Source: Alphaproteobacteria bacterium (GTDB lineage Bacteria > Pseudomonadota > Alphaproteobacteria > UBA7887). Taken from it: a stretch of 64,000 nucleotides of DNA. The notes below the pieces were generated by a model. The model had not been told where the DNA came from. It did no database searches and saw nothing but the letters and a program-made list of their open reading frames with translations. Positions 19,198-29,483 of the stretch are shown here, piece by piece (the first letter of the stretch is position 1; each line of letters begins with the position of its first letter). Both the position numbers and the translations under genes were made by a program. The stretch is taken from assembly GCA_965216755.1 (NCBI GenBank), contig CBDCGL010000011.1:64001-128000 (forward strand). The letters are read 5' to 3'.

Positions 19198-20226
19198 TTA
19201 TTGCAACCGTCCGCCGATTTCCATCCCGTCAGCAAGATCCCAGTGCCGGACAAGCGTATCAGATCCGCCGGACAACGCGGTCTGACCATCTGGTGCGATC
19301 GCCACGTCCCAGATCGGTTCACCACCCAAGCTCAATGCGCGTTCCATGGATAGCGTGTCCAAATCCCACTGGATCAACACACCATCGCCATCTCCGGATA
19401 GGGCAGTAGCCCCGTCTGCTGAAACCGCAACGCAGGTTACGAAGGCATTGTGTCCACCCAACGTCGCGAGCTCTCGGCCGATTTCCAAGTCCCACAGCCG
19501 CACGCTCTTATCGGTGCTGGCTGATAGAGCGCGACGTGAGTCCGGTAAAGGTGCGACCGCATTGACGCTATTGTCGTGCCCGCGCAGCACACGGATCTCT
19601 ATTCCGGACGAGGCATCCCAAAGGCGAATCGTGCGGTCGTATCCGGCCGATAGAAGTTGCGCGCCGCCATTGACAAACGCGACATCCATGACATTGGCCG
19701 TATGGCCGGTAAAGCGGCGTAGAGAAATACCATCGGCGACGCGCCACAACTGAACTGTATAATCCCACGCCGCCGTCGCGAGCTGCGTGCCATCCGGCGA
19801 AAAGGCCAATCCGTAAACCGCCGCGTCATGGCCATCGATAACCGTAATTTCCGTGCCGTCGGTCACGCGCCACAGCCGGACCGTCTCATCCCAGCTTGCC
19901 GATGCCATTGTGTCGCCGTCCGGTGAAAACGCCACGTCGTTGACACTCATGATGTGCTCTTGAAAGACGTCGCGTTCGGTGAGCGTCTTCAAATCCCATA
20001 GGCGAATCGTCGTGTCCCAGCTGCCCGACAACGCAAATCGACCGTCCGGCGAGAACGCAACCGCGTTTACGAAACTGCCATGGCCGGTCATGCCGGCGCT
20101 GGCACCGGCACTGAGAAATGCGATTCCGAACATGGCGAGGCCGCGAACCGCGGCCGTCAGCAAATTGTGGCCTGCCAAGATGGCCCCAGTTTTAGTCTGG
20201 AAACGCCTGAAATCTTGCCACGCCAT
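19198..20226 (-). CDS. Exported WD40-repeat (7-bladed beta-propeller) protein
   Basis: Seven GH...WD-type repeats after a signal-like segment; true start probably 20163 or 20133. Confidence 0.9.
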   Translation of the reverse strand: MAWQDFRRFQTKTGAILAGHNLLTAAVRGLAMFGIAFLSAGASAGMTGHGSFVNAVAFSPDGRFALSGSWDTTIRLWDLKTLTERDVFQEHIMSVNDVAFSPDGDTMASASWDETVRLWRVTDGTEITVIDGHDAAVYGLAFSPDGTQLATAAWDYTVQLWRVADGISLRRFTGHTANVMDVAFVNGGAQLLSAGYDRTIRLWDASSGIEIRVLRGHDNSVNAVAPLPDSRRALSASTDKSVRLWDLEIGRELATLGGHNAFVTCVAVSADGATALSGDGDGVLIQWDLDTLSMERALSLGGEPIWDVAIAPDGQTALSGGSDTLVRHWDLADGMEIGGRLQ

Positions 20227-21796
20227 CGGAGACGACTTGCGGCACCAAGTTTACTTCCCATTCGATATAGTCGCGCATGGCCTGGGGCACGTCTTCGAGC
20301 TCGTGATCGTACGGCTTCGGATAGATATCGTCATTCGTTGTGGTCATCCTTTCCATGCCAAACTCAAGTGGGAACCCAGCGTTGGCCCAAGCGCGGGTGC
20401 CGCCCTGGAGCACTTTGGTCGTGGCACGTGTCAAGGAACTGATTTCGCCTTGCGCCAACTGTGCCAAGACTCCGTCGGGAGACGTCACGACCACTAGCGA
20501 CGAAGTTGGCACCTGCTCTAGACACGTTGCCAATCGCGATCGGACGGAAAACCAAGTGCCGGGTAGGTGGCCCTGTCGAAACGTGCGGCTGTCAGCCAAA
20601 TCGATAATTTCAACGTCGCGGCCGGGCAACAGACCGGCCAAGGCTGGAGCCGCGATCTCAAACGCGGGATTGACCGCGCCAAGGCCAATGACCTCGACTT
20701 CCTCCGGCCCCGTTTCCAACGCGACGCCCTCTATCCCATTCTTAAGAACGTAAACGTCGGGCCAACCCATTTGAATGAGCCAAGACGCGGTCATGGTTGC
20801 CCGCGTCCCATCATCGTCAACCAGCACGATTCGTCCGCCGAAGACTCCAATATATTCGTCGGTCGCCTGCACCAATTGGCCGCCCGGAGTATTGCGCGCG
20901 CCCGTGATGTGTCCGCTTTCGAATTCCTCAGGCGACCGTACATCGCAAAGGAACAATGTGCGTTCATCGGCCTCGGTGCGCCACTTCGCCAGAGTTGCGG
21001 AGTCAATGAATGGCACGCCGAAACGATCAGCAACCCGTAATGCGGCCTCGCGAGCCCAAACGCGTCCCCGGTTACTAAGCCTGGGTGGTGTTCGGCTTTC
21101 GCCATGCTCACATTGAAACCCGGCCAGCTCCCAGCCCATCGTGCCGTTTTCCAAAGCAACCACTTTGTTTGGTAACCCGGCATTGCGTAAAGACTGCGCG
21201 CCGATAATGCTGCGGGTCCGCCCGGCACAATTGACCACGACCAGCGTATTCGGGCCGGGCGCCAAGTCGTGCACACGATGTACCAATTCGGCGCCGGGAA
21301 CATTTATGCTGTCGGGGATGTTCATACGGTGATATTCAGGGAACGGCCGGCTATCCAAGATCACCAAATCGGTGCCATCATTCCGCAGTGCTTGGAGTTC
21401 TTTCGCGCTGACGCGCGGCGTGTCATAGGTCTGTTCGATGAACTCTCCGAATGCCTTGCTCGGTACGTTAACTCCGGAAAACGACATCAAGCCAGCTGCG
21501 CGCCATGCTGCCAGACCGCCTGCCAAGATGCCGACGTTACCATAACCGTTGCGGGTCAGTACTTCCGCTGCGCGACTGGCTAGTTCGCCATCGTCATCGC
21601 AAAGAACGATTGGTGTTTTGCGGCGGGGCACCAATCGCGGCACATCCAATTCCAAACGACTGAGCGGGCTATTGACCGCGTAAAGAATATGCTCCTTGGC
21701 GAACACGCCTTGTTCACGCACGTCGAGCAAGGCCAGTTCACCATGGCGATCAGCAAGCCGACCGTGTAACTCGGTCGGCGTCAACATGACGGTCAT
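20192..21796 (-). CDS. Four-domain rhodanese-related sulfurtransferase
   Basis: Four repeats beginning DVRE/DSRP/DVRS/DLAD, GG..AW motifs, active-site loop CAGRTR in domain 2. Confidence 0.92.
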   Translation of the reverse strand: MTVMLTPTELHGRLADRHGELALLDVREQGVFAKEHILYAVNSPLSRLELDVPRLVPRRKTPIVLCDDDGELASRAAEVLTRNGYGNVGILAGGLAAWRAAGLMSFSGVNVPSKAFGEFIEQTYDTPRVSAKELQALRNDGTDLVILDSRPFPEYHRMNIPDSINVPGAELVHRVHDLAPGPNTLVVVNCAGRTRSIIGAQSLRNAGLPNKVVALENGTMGWELAGFQCEHGESRTPPRLSNRGRVWAREAALRVADRFGVPFIDSATLAKWRTEADERTLFLCDVRSPEEFESGHITGARNTPGGQLVQATDEYIGVFGGRIVLVDDDGTRATMTASWLIQMGWPDVYVLKNGIEGVALETGPEEVEVIGLGAVNPAFEIAAPALAGLLPGRDVEIIDLADSRTFRQGHLPGTWFSVRSRLATCLEQVPTSSLVVVTSPDGVLAQLAQGEISSLTRATTKVLQGGTRAWANAGFPLEFGMERMTTTNDDIYPKPYDHELEDVPQAMRDYIEWEVNLVPQVVSDGVARFQAFPD

Positions 21797-22380
21797 TTGT
21801 GGATGTACGGTTGTGCTGGGAACGATCCATATGTGCCGTCGCGCATATTAAACATCTTCCGGCCAGGTATGTGTTCGAGACTACGACCGTATAGATGGAA
21901 ATTCAAAGTTGGCTGGTCGGTAATACAGTGAATGCTGTGAATGTCGTCCGGCATGAACGCCACGCCTTCGCCCTTGCCAATAGTCTTGTCTCCGGTCTCC
22001 CGAATCGTGCCGCGACCAGTCACACTGCCGTCATCGGTGCGTTCGTAGAACCGGTTCACTTCCTCGCCTTCAATGCCGACGATGATTGCCCAAGTCGTAT
22101 GATCGTGCGGCGGCGCCACATGTCCTTTGCGCTCGGACACCAAATAAAGCGCGTAGCCATGGTCGTCATCCTCGGACAACAGATAGAGCGATGTGTTGCG
22201 ACCTTCGTCGATAATCGGGAACTCATCCACCGAAAACAAGTCGGCCTGTGATGCCAGTTCCATCAGGCGCCGTTTCGACCTCTCCAGGGTCTCACGCGTG
22301 ACGCCGCCGTCGTCCATCATGCTTCGAATGTCCGCAATCGTTTTTTCAACTTCGTTCGCACGCTGCTCGGCGATCGTCAT
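21793..22380 (-). CDS. Cysteine dioxygenase-family (thiol dioxygenase, cupin) protein
   Basis: PPHDHTTW, GEE.N..Y, DDIHSI, HLYG; AAGGAG RBS before ATG 22380; ATGA overlap with the rhodanese gene. Confidence 0.85.
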   Translation of the reverse strand: MTIAEQRANEVEKTIADIRSMMDDGGVTRETLERSKRRLMELASQADLFSVDEFPIIDEGRNTSLYLLSEDDDHGYALYLVSERKGHVAPPHDHTTWAIIVGIEGEEVNRFYERTDDGSVTGRGTIRETGDKTIGKGEGVAFMPDDIHSIHCITDQPTLNFHLYGRSLEHIPGRKMFNMRDGTYGSFPAQPYIHK

Positions 22381-22461
22381 GGCCGCCACGCTCCTTACTT
22401 GACCAATGTATTGCTGGTGTATTCGCGCGAAGTTATAGCGCCGAATACAACGCAAGCACAA

Positions 22462-23490
22462 TCATTCGGCGGGTGCAGCGTGTGAGCTCGGCGCCGCCTC
22501 GCGCCGCGCGTCGGCAATTTCCTTGACCCATTCGCTGTGATGTTCTTTTGCCCAATTCTCGTCAACCATACCTTCCCATATCGCCTCGAACGCCCCTTCC
22601 ATACCAAGCGACCCGATATAGATGTGTGCCAAGATCAAGGCGATCATCACTAGAGACGCGATGACATGCATCAACTGCGTTGATTGCATGTCCTGGATCG
22701 TGGCCCCCGCTGCGAAAGGAAACATGAGATTCAGTCCGGTGTAGGACAGGATGACACCACCCACAATCACACACAGAAATATGATCTTTTGACCGGCGTT
22801 GAATTTCCGCGCCGGCGGATGGCTGCCTTTGCGCAACAGTCCGCCGCCACGCGCTAGCCAAGCCAAATCAAGACGATTGGGCAGGTTGTTCCGGATCCAG
22901 ACAACCAGCATTAGGAAAATGCCAACCATGAATACGAAACCACCATAGTTGTGCAAATACTTGCCGGCCATCGTCAGTGCCGCAAATCCATCATCACCCA
23001 ATACAGGTCTCAGCACATAACGACCGTAAAGAAGGTTCAGACCCGTAAGTCCAAGCAATATGAACGTGATTGCGGTCACCCAATGAATCAGTCGCTCGAA
23101 CAGAGTAAAACGCGCAATCCTATGACCGGATCGTCCAGATTCGATCCGGATCCGCCCACGCAACGCGAAGAATAGGGCCAAGAGCCCAATTGTGCCGATG
23201 ATGAGCCAAACGCCGTAGGTAGATATGGGCCCATTTCGCCAAGCGCGCCAACTCTCGCCTTCCGATTGTACCAACACGCCCGCTTGCTGATCTGGAATCG
23301 ACACATAACCGGGTTGGCCGCCGCGGACGGCGCGCCACATGGCCGCATCATTGTCTTGGCCAGTCGCAGGTGGCGTCAGCTGTGGCGCGTCGGATTGCGC
23401 CACAGCTTGGCCGCACGCAATCGCGATTCCAATTCCAAGCCACAGCACGACCGCGAGCCTCGTCAACAAAAATACCGGACGCGACATCAC
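22462..23490 (-). CDS. fdh3C: Formate dehydrogenase gamma subunit (cytochrome b)
   Basis: ER.IHW, HNY, KFNAGQK, H...AHIYIGSLGMEGA, WAKEHH. Confidence 0.93.
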   Translation of the reverse strand: MMSRPVFLLTRLAVVLWLGIGIAIACGQAVAQSDAPQLTPPATGQDNDAAMWRAVRGGQPGYVSIPDQQAGVLVQSEGESWRAWRNGPISTYGVWLIIGTIGLLALFFALRGRIRIESGRSGHRIARFTLFERLIHWVTAITFILLGLTGLNLLYGRYVLRPVLGDDGFAALTMAGKYLHNYGGFVFMVGIFLMLVVWIRNNLPNRLDLAWLARGGGLLRKGSHPPARKFNAGQKIIFLCVIVGGVILSYTGLNLMFPFAAGATIQDMQSTQLMHVIASLVMIALILAHIYIGSLGMEGAFEAIWEGMVDENWAKEHHSEWVKEIADARREAAPSSHAAPAE

Positions 23491-23529
23491 GCGATCTCCC
23501 CTAAATCGCCGGCGGCCCGCCAGCCAATG

Positions 23530-23709
23530 TTAAAACCTTTGATTTTCCACGCGGTCTTGTAGGTTGGCGCGGGCCTCTTCTGCTATTGCTGGCATGGAGC
23601 CCCCTTGATAGACACCTTTCTCTATCGATAGTGCCCGACCTTGTTCATCCTCTCGACAGCCGCCCAATACGAGCACAAATACCGCGGCAAATAGCGCTAG
23701 TCGCGACAC
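23530..23709 (-). CDS. Small lipoprotein within the FDH operon
   Basis: Lipobox LGGC then REDEQGRALSIEKGVYQG; sits between the beta and gamma subunits; probable GTG start. Confidence 0.65.
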   Translation of the reverse strand: MSRLALFAAVFVLVLGGCREDEQGRALSIEKGVYQGGSMPAIAEEARANLQDRVENQRF

Positions 23710-23713
23710 GATC

Positions 23714-24295
23714 TCAGGACTCGTCAGCTGAGTAGGCTGTGCCCCAGCCCCACGCGCCCGAGCCGAAGCCCCGCGCAATGCTGCGTTCACGATAGATGTC
23801 GGATATCACGTCGCCATCCCCGGCGAGTAACGCTTTGGTCGAGCACATTTCAGCACACAGCGGCAGTTTGCCGTCAGAGAGCCGATCTTGACCGTAGTTG
23901 TACGTGTGATCTTCCTCCGGTCCCCCGGCGCAAAAGGTGCATTTGTCCATCTTGCCGCGAGTCCCGAAGTTGCCGGCCTGTGGATATTGCGGCGCGCCAA
24001 ACGGACATGCATAGAAGCAGTAACCGCAACCGATGCAAAGGTCCTTCGAGTGCAGGACGACGCCGTCTTCGGTCGTGAAAAAGCAGTCGACTGGGCACAC
24101 CGCCTTACAGGGCGCGTCGGAACAATGCATGCAGGCAACGGATATTGACCGTTCGCCCGGTTCGCCATCATTGATCGTCACGACGCGTCGACGATTGATG
24201 CCCCAGGGCACCTCATGTTCGTTCTTGCACGCGGTAACGCATGCGTTGCATTCGATGCAGCGCTCGGCATCACAGAGAAACTTCATCCGTGCCAT
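23714..24295 (-). CDS. fdh3B: Formate dehydrogenase FDH3 beta (iron-sulfur) subunit
   Basis: MARMKFLCDAERCIECNAC, four CxxC-type 4Fe-4S motifs, WGWGTAY C-terminus. Confidence 0.95.
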   Translation of the reverse strand: MARMKFLCDAERCIECNACVTACKNEHEVPWGINRRRVVTINDGEPGERSISVACMHCSDAPCKAVCPVDCFFTTEDGVVLHSKDLCIGCGYCFYACPFGAPQYPQAGNFGTRGKMDKCTFCAGGPEEDHTYNYGQDRLSDGKLPLCAEMCSTKALLAGDGDVISDIYRERSIARGFGSGAWGWGTAYSADES

Positions 24296-24314
24296 GAGTC
24301 TCGCTCCCCTCTGG

Positions 24315-27218
24315 TCACGCGCGTGAGATGCGACACAACGTGGTCTTGCTCTCCTGCATGACCGTCACGCTGTCATACCCGTATGTCTGTGCCGTATTGC
24401 TGGCTTCACCCAGCACATAGGGATCGGCGCCCTCCGGATAGCGATCGCGCAGATCCTCGCCCATCCAGTGACCACCAAAGTGGAATGGCATAAACACGAC
24501 GCCCCGACCGACGCGCGCGGTCACCATGGCCTTTACTTTCACTCTCGCCCCTTCGGGGCCTTCGACCCATATGTCATCGCCATCGGCGATCCCCGCATTG
24601 TTCGCGTCGTACTGATTTACCTCGGCGAACATGTCCTGCTGAAGCTCGGCCAGCCAGGGGTTGGACCGCGTCTCCTCGCCACCACCTTCATACTCCACCA
24701 AGCGGCCCGAGGTCAGGATCAGCGGATAGTCTTTGGCAAAATCTTGATCTTGGATCGATTTGTAGAGCGTCGGAAGTCGATAGAAGACTTTGTCTTCATA
24801 GGTCGGATAGTCGGGGACCAGATCGCGCCGCGGCGTGTAGAGCGGCTCGCGATGGATCGGCACCGGGTCGGGGAAGTTCCACACCATGCAACGCGCCTTG
24901 GCGTTGCCAAACGGAGCACAGCCATGGGCAATCGCAACCCGCTGGATGCCTCCGGAGAGGTCGGTCTTCCAGTTCACCTTGCCCGGCTCATCACCGCCAA
25001 TTCTCTCGATCGTCGCCCGTTCATCGGCGGTCAAATCGCCATCCCAGCCGAGCTTCTGCAGCATCGCGTAAGTGAATTCCGGGTAGCCATCCTTGATTTC
25101 CGATTCCGCCGAGAAGTCATCTTCGGCAAGCAGGTTCTCACCCTCATATTCGACGCCGAACCGGGCTCGGAAAGTGAGACCGCCCTTGGCGACGGGTTTG
25201 GAGGTGTCATAAAGAATCGGCGTGCCAGGGTGATTCATCTCAGGTGTGCCCCAACATGGCCATGGCATGCCGTAATATTCGCCGTCGCACGGCCCGCCGA
25301 CCGCCTGCAACGTGGTGCGATCAAACGTCTTTTGGTTAGCCATATGTTTGCGTAACCGCTCCGGCGACTGGCCGGTATAACCGATCGTCCACATGCCGCG
25401 GTTGATCTCGGCCGTCACGTCTTCGACCTTGGGTTCATCGCCCTCGATCGCGATGTTTTTTAAGAATTCGTCGGCAAACCCAAACTTGCGAGCAAACAGC
25501 TGCATGATCGCGTGGTCGGGTTTGGATTCGAACAATGGCTCGACAACTTTGTCTCGCCACTGTATCGACCGGTTCGACGCCGTTACCGAGCCATAGGTTT
25601 CAAATTGGGTTGCAGCCGGTAGCAGATAGACGCCGTCTTCTTTCTCTTGCATGACCGCCGTCATGGTCGGATAGGGGTCAATGACGACCAGTGTATCCAA
25701 CATCTCCATGGCGCGTTTCATGTCGGGCAGTCGCGTCTGGGAATTTGGCGCGTGCCCCCAAAAGACCATGCCCTTAATCGGGTTCGGCTGTTCGATTTTG
25801 TCGGCATCCTCCAAGACGCCATCGAACCATCGCGACACCGTGATGCCTTTCGACTCCATCAGCTCTTGGCTGGCAAAACGACCAAGCATGTAGTCGTAAT
25901 CCACATCCCAAACCCGCGACCAATGCTTCCACGCTCCGGTCGATACGCCGTAATAGCCGGGCAGGGTATGTGACAGGACGCCAAGATCAGTAGCGCCCTG
26001 TACATTGTCATGGCCACGGAAAATATTCGTGCCGCCGCCGGCAGTACCCATATTCCCCAAGGCCAATTGTAGGACGCAATACGCGCGCGTGTTGTTATTG
26101 CCGTTGGTGTGTTGGGTGCCGCCCATACACCATACGACAGTCCCAGGTCGATTCATGGCCAGCATGTGGGCGACTTTGTTTACTTGTGATCCGGGCACAC
26201 CGGTCACGCGCTCAACTTCGTCCGGCGTCCATTTCGCGACCTCTTCGCGGATACGGTCCATGCCCCAGACACGCTTGCCGATGAAGGATTTGCTTTCCCA
26301 GCGGTTCTCGAAAATGTGCCAGAGAATTCCCCAAATTAGGGCGACGTCGGTACCTGGGCGAAAACGCACATACTCGTCGGCGTGCGCGGCGGTGCGCGTG
26401 AAACGCGGGTCACACACGATGAGCGGCGCGTTGTTCTGTTCTTTCCCCTTAAGAATGTGCATCAACGACACCGGGTGGGCTTCGGCCGGATTGCCGCCGA
26501 TAAAGAACATGCAGCGCGAATTGTGAATGTCGTTGTAACTATTGGTCATTGCCCCATAGCCCCAGGTGTTGGCGACACCCGCGACAGTGGTCGAATGGCA
26601 GATGCGGGCCTGGTGGTCGACGTTGTTCGTACCCCAGAACGCCGCAAACTTTCTGAATAGGTAGGCTTGCTCATTGGAGTGTTTGGCGGAGCCGAGCCAA
26701 TACACCGAATCAGGACCATCGCTCTCGCGAATCGCCAGCAGGCGATCACCGATCTCGTTGATCGCTTGTTCCCACGATATTCGTTGCCAAACGCCACCTT
26801 CCTTTTTGACCGGATATTTGAGCCGTCGTTCGCCGTGGGCGTGTTCGCGCACGCTGGCCCCCTTGGCGCAGTGCGCGCCGAGGTTAAACGGGCTGTCGAA
26901 AGACGGCTCTTGACCAATCCAAACGCCGTTTTGAACTTCGGCAGTGACCGTGCAGCCGACCGAGCAGTGGGTGCATACCGACAGCACCTTCTTGATTTCG
27001 CCTGCTGCGCCAGTTTGGTTGGCGGCCTCCGCTTTCTTGATTCGGTTGAACGAAATACCTCCCGCCAATGCGGCGGCACCGCCCGCCGTCAGGCCCGATT
27101 GCTTTAGAAACGTCCGACGATCGACGGCGCGCCCTTGCCCGGCGGCGACAATTGCGCGCAACCCTGGATCGACTGATACATTGGTTGAGGAACTCGAGGA
27201 TTGCCGCTTGATCAACAT
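24315..27218 (-). CDS. Periplasmic formate dehydrogenase alpha subunit (FDH3-type, Tat-exported)
   Basis: DRRTFLK Tat motif, CTHCSVGC, QARICHSTT, FRGHDNVQG, SGRLVEY. Confidence 0.95.
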   Translation of the reverse strand: MLIKRQSSSSSTNVSVDPGLRAIVAAGQGRAVDRRTFLKQSGLTAGGAAALAGGISFNRIKKAEAANQTGAAGEIKKVLSVCTHCSVGCTVTAEVQNGVWIGQEPSFDSPFNLGAHCAKGASVREHAHGERRLKYPVKKEGGVWQRISWEQAINEIGDRLLAIRESDGPDSVYWLGSAKHSNEQAYLFRKFAAFWGTNNVDHQARICHSTTVAGVANTWGYGAMTNSYNDIHNSRCMFFIGGNPAEAHPVSLMHILKGKEQNNAPLIVCDPRFTRTAAHADEYVRFRPGTDVALIWGILWHIFENRWESKSFIGKRVWGMDRIREEVAKWTPDEVERVTGVPGSQVNKVAHMLAMNRPGTVVWCMGGTQHTNGNNNTRAYCVLQLALGNMGTAGGGTNIFRGHDNVQGATDLGVLSHTLPGYYGVSTGAWKHWSRVWDVDYDYMLGRFASQELMESKGITVSRWFDGVLEDADKIEQPNPIKGMVFWGHAPNSQTRLPDMKRAMEMLDTLVVIDPYPTMTAVMQEKEDGVYLLPAATQFETYGSVTASNRSIQWRDKVVEPLFESKPDHAIMQLFARKFGFADEFLKNIAIEGDEPKVEDVTAEINRGMWTIGYTGQSPERLRKHMANQKTFDRTTLQAVGGPCDGEYYGMPWPCWGTPEMNHPGTPILYDTSKPVAKGGLTFRARFGVEYEGENLLAEDDFSAESEIKDGYPEFTYAMLQKLGWDGDLTADERATIERIGGDEPGKVNWKTDLSGGIQRVAIAHGCAPFGNAKARCMVWNFPDPVPIHREPLYTPRRDLVPDYPTYEDKVFYRLPTLYKSIQDQDFAKDYPLILTSGRLVEYEGGGEETRSNPWLAELQQDMFAEVNQYDANNAGIADGDDIWVEGPEGARVKVKAMVTARVGRGVVFMPFHFGGHWMGEDLRDRYPEGADPYVLGEASNTAQTYGYDSVTVMQESKTTLCRISRA

Positions 27219-27282
27219 GGCATGTGTTCTCCCGGTAAGGGCCGGTCGGTGTCAGGGTTGGATCGGCAAATTATCGGCCTCG

Positions 27283-27501
27283 CTAGAAGCGCGCCAAGCG
27301 ATACACTTCGCGCACATGCGCGCTTTCCCGATAGCGCTTTGTAGGCTTTGCCGGCCTTGTTTCGGCAGCCTCGGTCGATTCTGAATTGGTTATCGCGCCG
27401 ACGCCCGCGCCAGTGGCGCATAGGGCCGAGATCTTCAGAAAGTTGCGACGACCCACGCCTTGGCGGCGCTTTTGTACCCCCCTCGATTCTCGATCGGTCA
27501 T
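27283..27501 (-). CDS. Small twin-arginine FDH accessory protein
   Basis: GRRNFLK and C-terminal RYRESAHVREVYRLARF; GGAAGGAAG upstream. Confidence 0.75.
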   Translation of the reverse strand: MTDRESRGVQKRRQGVGRRNFLKISALCATGAGVGAITNSESTEAAETRPAKPTKRYRESAHVREVYRLARF

Positions 27502-28178
27502 GTCCCGAATCTTCCTTCCGTAGTTGTTCCCGCGAACGCAAAGGCTTGTTGCTCGAGCTCCAAAAATGCGTGGCCGAAAGCCCCAACAGCGCGATAGAAA
27601 TTGCCTGACTTGGCGTGTTCCAGGTCGGTGACGAACTCGAAAGCCCAAGGTCCCAAATGGCGGTCAAAAAAAGCCCGCTGTGTTTCAAGGTCAGCGGGCG
27701 TGCCAAATGCGCCGCTGATCAATCCAGCCATAATCTCGCACAAGCTGGCCATCCCATCTTCCGGCTCGTAGACTTTGTCCGCCCGAGCGAGGCCAAGAGC
27801 AGACATATCGCGACGCAACGCGGCCAGCGGTCGCTCGTGCAAGAACCCGGTTAGATAGTAAGACGCATAAGGAACCAGTTCACCTTGTCCCAACCCTATG
27901 AAAAGGTTGTGGAACTCGACCGCTACAGGGTCTGCATCGGCAACCGTGGCCGCACCGGCCAAGGTTGCAATCGTTTGGCCAAACGGTGAATTGTCGTCGT
28001 CCAATTCGCTAAGGCGTGCCAATGCCTCGTTATCTGGCGGCGCACCCAACAAGTCACCAAGCAAACTGTAATAGGCGACGCGGTATTGGTCGATGTCCGC
28101 ACCCGGCGCATCGTGGTTCAGCGCGTCATGTGGGACGCCAGCTGCCGCGCCTTCCCCCCGCGTCGGCTGCGAATGCAA
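27498..28178 (-). CDS. TorD/DmsD family molybdoenzyme chaperone
   Basis: LFIGLG.GEL.PYASYYLTGFL, EPED, FF..HL.PW. Confidence 0.9.
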   Translation of the reverse strand: MHSQPTRGEGAAAGVPHDALNHDAPGADIDQYRVAYYSLLGDLLGAPPDNEALARLSELDDDNSPFGQTIATLAGAATVADADPVAVEFHNLFIGLGQGELVPYASYYLTGFLHERPLAALRRDMSALGLARADKVYEPEDGMASLCEIMAGLISGAFGTPADLETQRAFFDRHLGPWAFEFVTDLEHAKSGNFYRAVGAFGHAFLELEQQAFAFAGTTTEGRFGT

Positions 28179-28302
28179 AGCGCTTCCTCTCCTTTGTCGG
28201 CGGCACTTCCAACGCGATTAAACGAGTGCCACAAGAGATGCCTCTCATGAAACTCGGGCACCTTCTTTTCTCAACTGATTTTGGCGCAACCGAGTCTCAC
28301 GG

Positions 28303-28899
28303 TCAAGAATGGCGGTTCTCGTCGTCGTCCGGTTCAGCCACACCATCCCGGTCTCTTTCGTCGTCGATTTGCGCAGGTTGATGTTGGTTCCGCCGCTCGA
28401 CGTTTTCCGCGCGCGATTGGTTGGCGTCAATCCCATTCGGCTGATCCACCTGGTTGGGTCGATCGTCGGATTTGTGAACATGTTGATCACGAATCATTCC
28501 ACGGCCAATGCGGTACGCTGTCGCGACGACTTTGCCGAGACCCATGGTGCGGAAGTTCTCATCATAATCGTTCAAGCCATCAAGGTTCGCGAAAACCGGA
28601 TCACTGCGCCAAAGCTTGCGCAACGCGACATTACGCAAAGTGTCTGGTACGTCGCGGCCCATGAAAGGTGTGTAATCAGACTCAGCTGTCAGCGTCTCAA
28701 TTTCTGGCAAGGGCTGTGTGGGCGCGGTATCAGCAAGGCTTGGCGCCGCCGAGTCTTGCGCTTCGCCGTCATCATCGACCACCGCGGTATCGTTCGTCGC
28801 GGAGGGTTGCACGCTGGCCGGCGACTGGCTCCGGCGCGCGGCCATTTTTTTGCGAGACCAGCGATCGGTAAAGCCCCTCGGATTGTCTCGGTCAGCCAT
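28303..28899 (-). CDS. DUF3306 domain protein
   Basis: RWSRKK, SDYTPFM, ALRKLWRSDP...DGLNDYDENF. Confidence 0.85.
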   Translation of the reverse strand: MADRDNPRGFTDRWSRKKMAARRSQSPASVQPSATNDTAVVDDDGEAQDSAAPSLADTAPTQPLPEIETLTAESDYTPFMGRDVPDTLRNVALRKLWRSDPVFANLDGLNDYDENFRTMGLGKVVATAYRIGRGMIRDQHVHKSDDRPNQVDQPNGIDANQSRAENVERRNQHQPAQIDDERDRDGVAEPDDDENRHS

Positions 28900-29407
28900 A
28901 CGGCCGGCCCACCACCCCGCGACGGCTTTCCTTCTTGTCCGAGGCGGGAGATTTCGGTCCGCGTTTTCTCTTGTGAAACGGCTCGTCCTTGTGGTGGTCC
29001 GCAACAAAATGCGCGGCGAAAGTCATCACGAAGGGGTCCATATGGACGGCATCCACACGCTCATCACCGCCAATCTCATAATCTTCGGCCTCATACGGGC
29101 ACGCCGTGACCGCAAACGGCTCGGGCCTTTCGCTGCCGATGCCGCGCATGACGACAAAAAGCTGTGGGCGCGTTTGTGCCAGATTGAGCCGATAACCCTC
29201 GGTGTCGCGGCGGAATAGATCGAGCCTCAGTGTTCTGGCGTAGAACCGTGCGCAATCCGGCGTTTCGATAAGCTTCTGCCAATCGCACGCCGGTGCTATC
29301 GCACGGACTGCTTCTGTTGCACGCCATACACGGTCGATCCAGGGATGATCAACTACTTGAGATTCAACAATAATCCCAAGGTCCAAGCTGGCGTGGGCTG
29401 CCGACAT
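28892..29407 (-). CDS. DUF3305 domain protein
   Basis: HPWID..W, L.L...TEGY..NL, VTA.PYEA, F.KRKR. Confidence 0.85.
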   Translation of the reverse strand: MSAAHASLDLGIIVESQVVDHPWIDRVWRATEAVRAIAPACDWQKLIETPDCARFYARTLRLDLFRRDTEGYRLNLAQTRPQLFVVMRGIGSERPEPFAVTACPYEAEDYEIGGDERVDAVHMDPFVMTFAAHFVADHHKDEPFHKRKRGPKSPASDKKESRRGVVGRPYG

Positions 29408-29483
29408 CCGATTATCCTATCAACTGCCACTCGCCATGTCGTAGAAAACTCGGCAGTGATGTGCGCGATTGCCCGACCGATCT

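Noticed and set aside
19198-20100. Repetitive DNA that might be a CRISPR or tandem array
   Set aside because: Explained by protein-level WD40 repeats; no identical nucleotide repeats with spacers
15910-27218. Possible selenocysteine in the FDH catalytic subunits
   Set aside because: Both active sites are TGC Cys (RLCH, RICH) in uninterrupted ORFs
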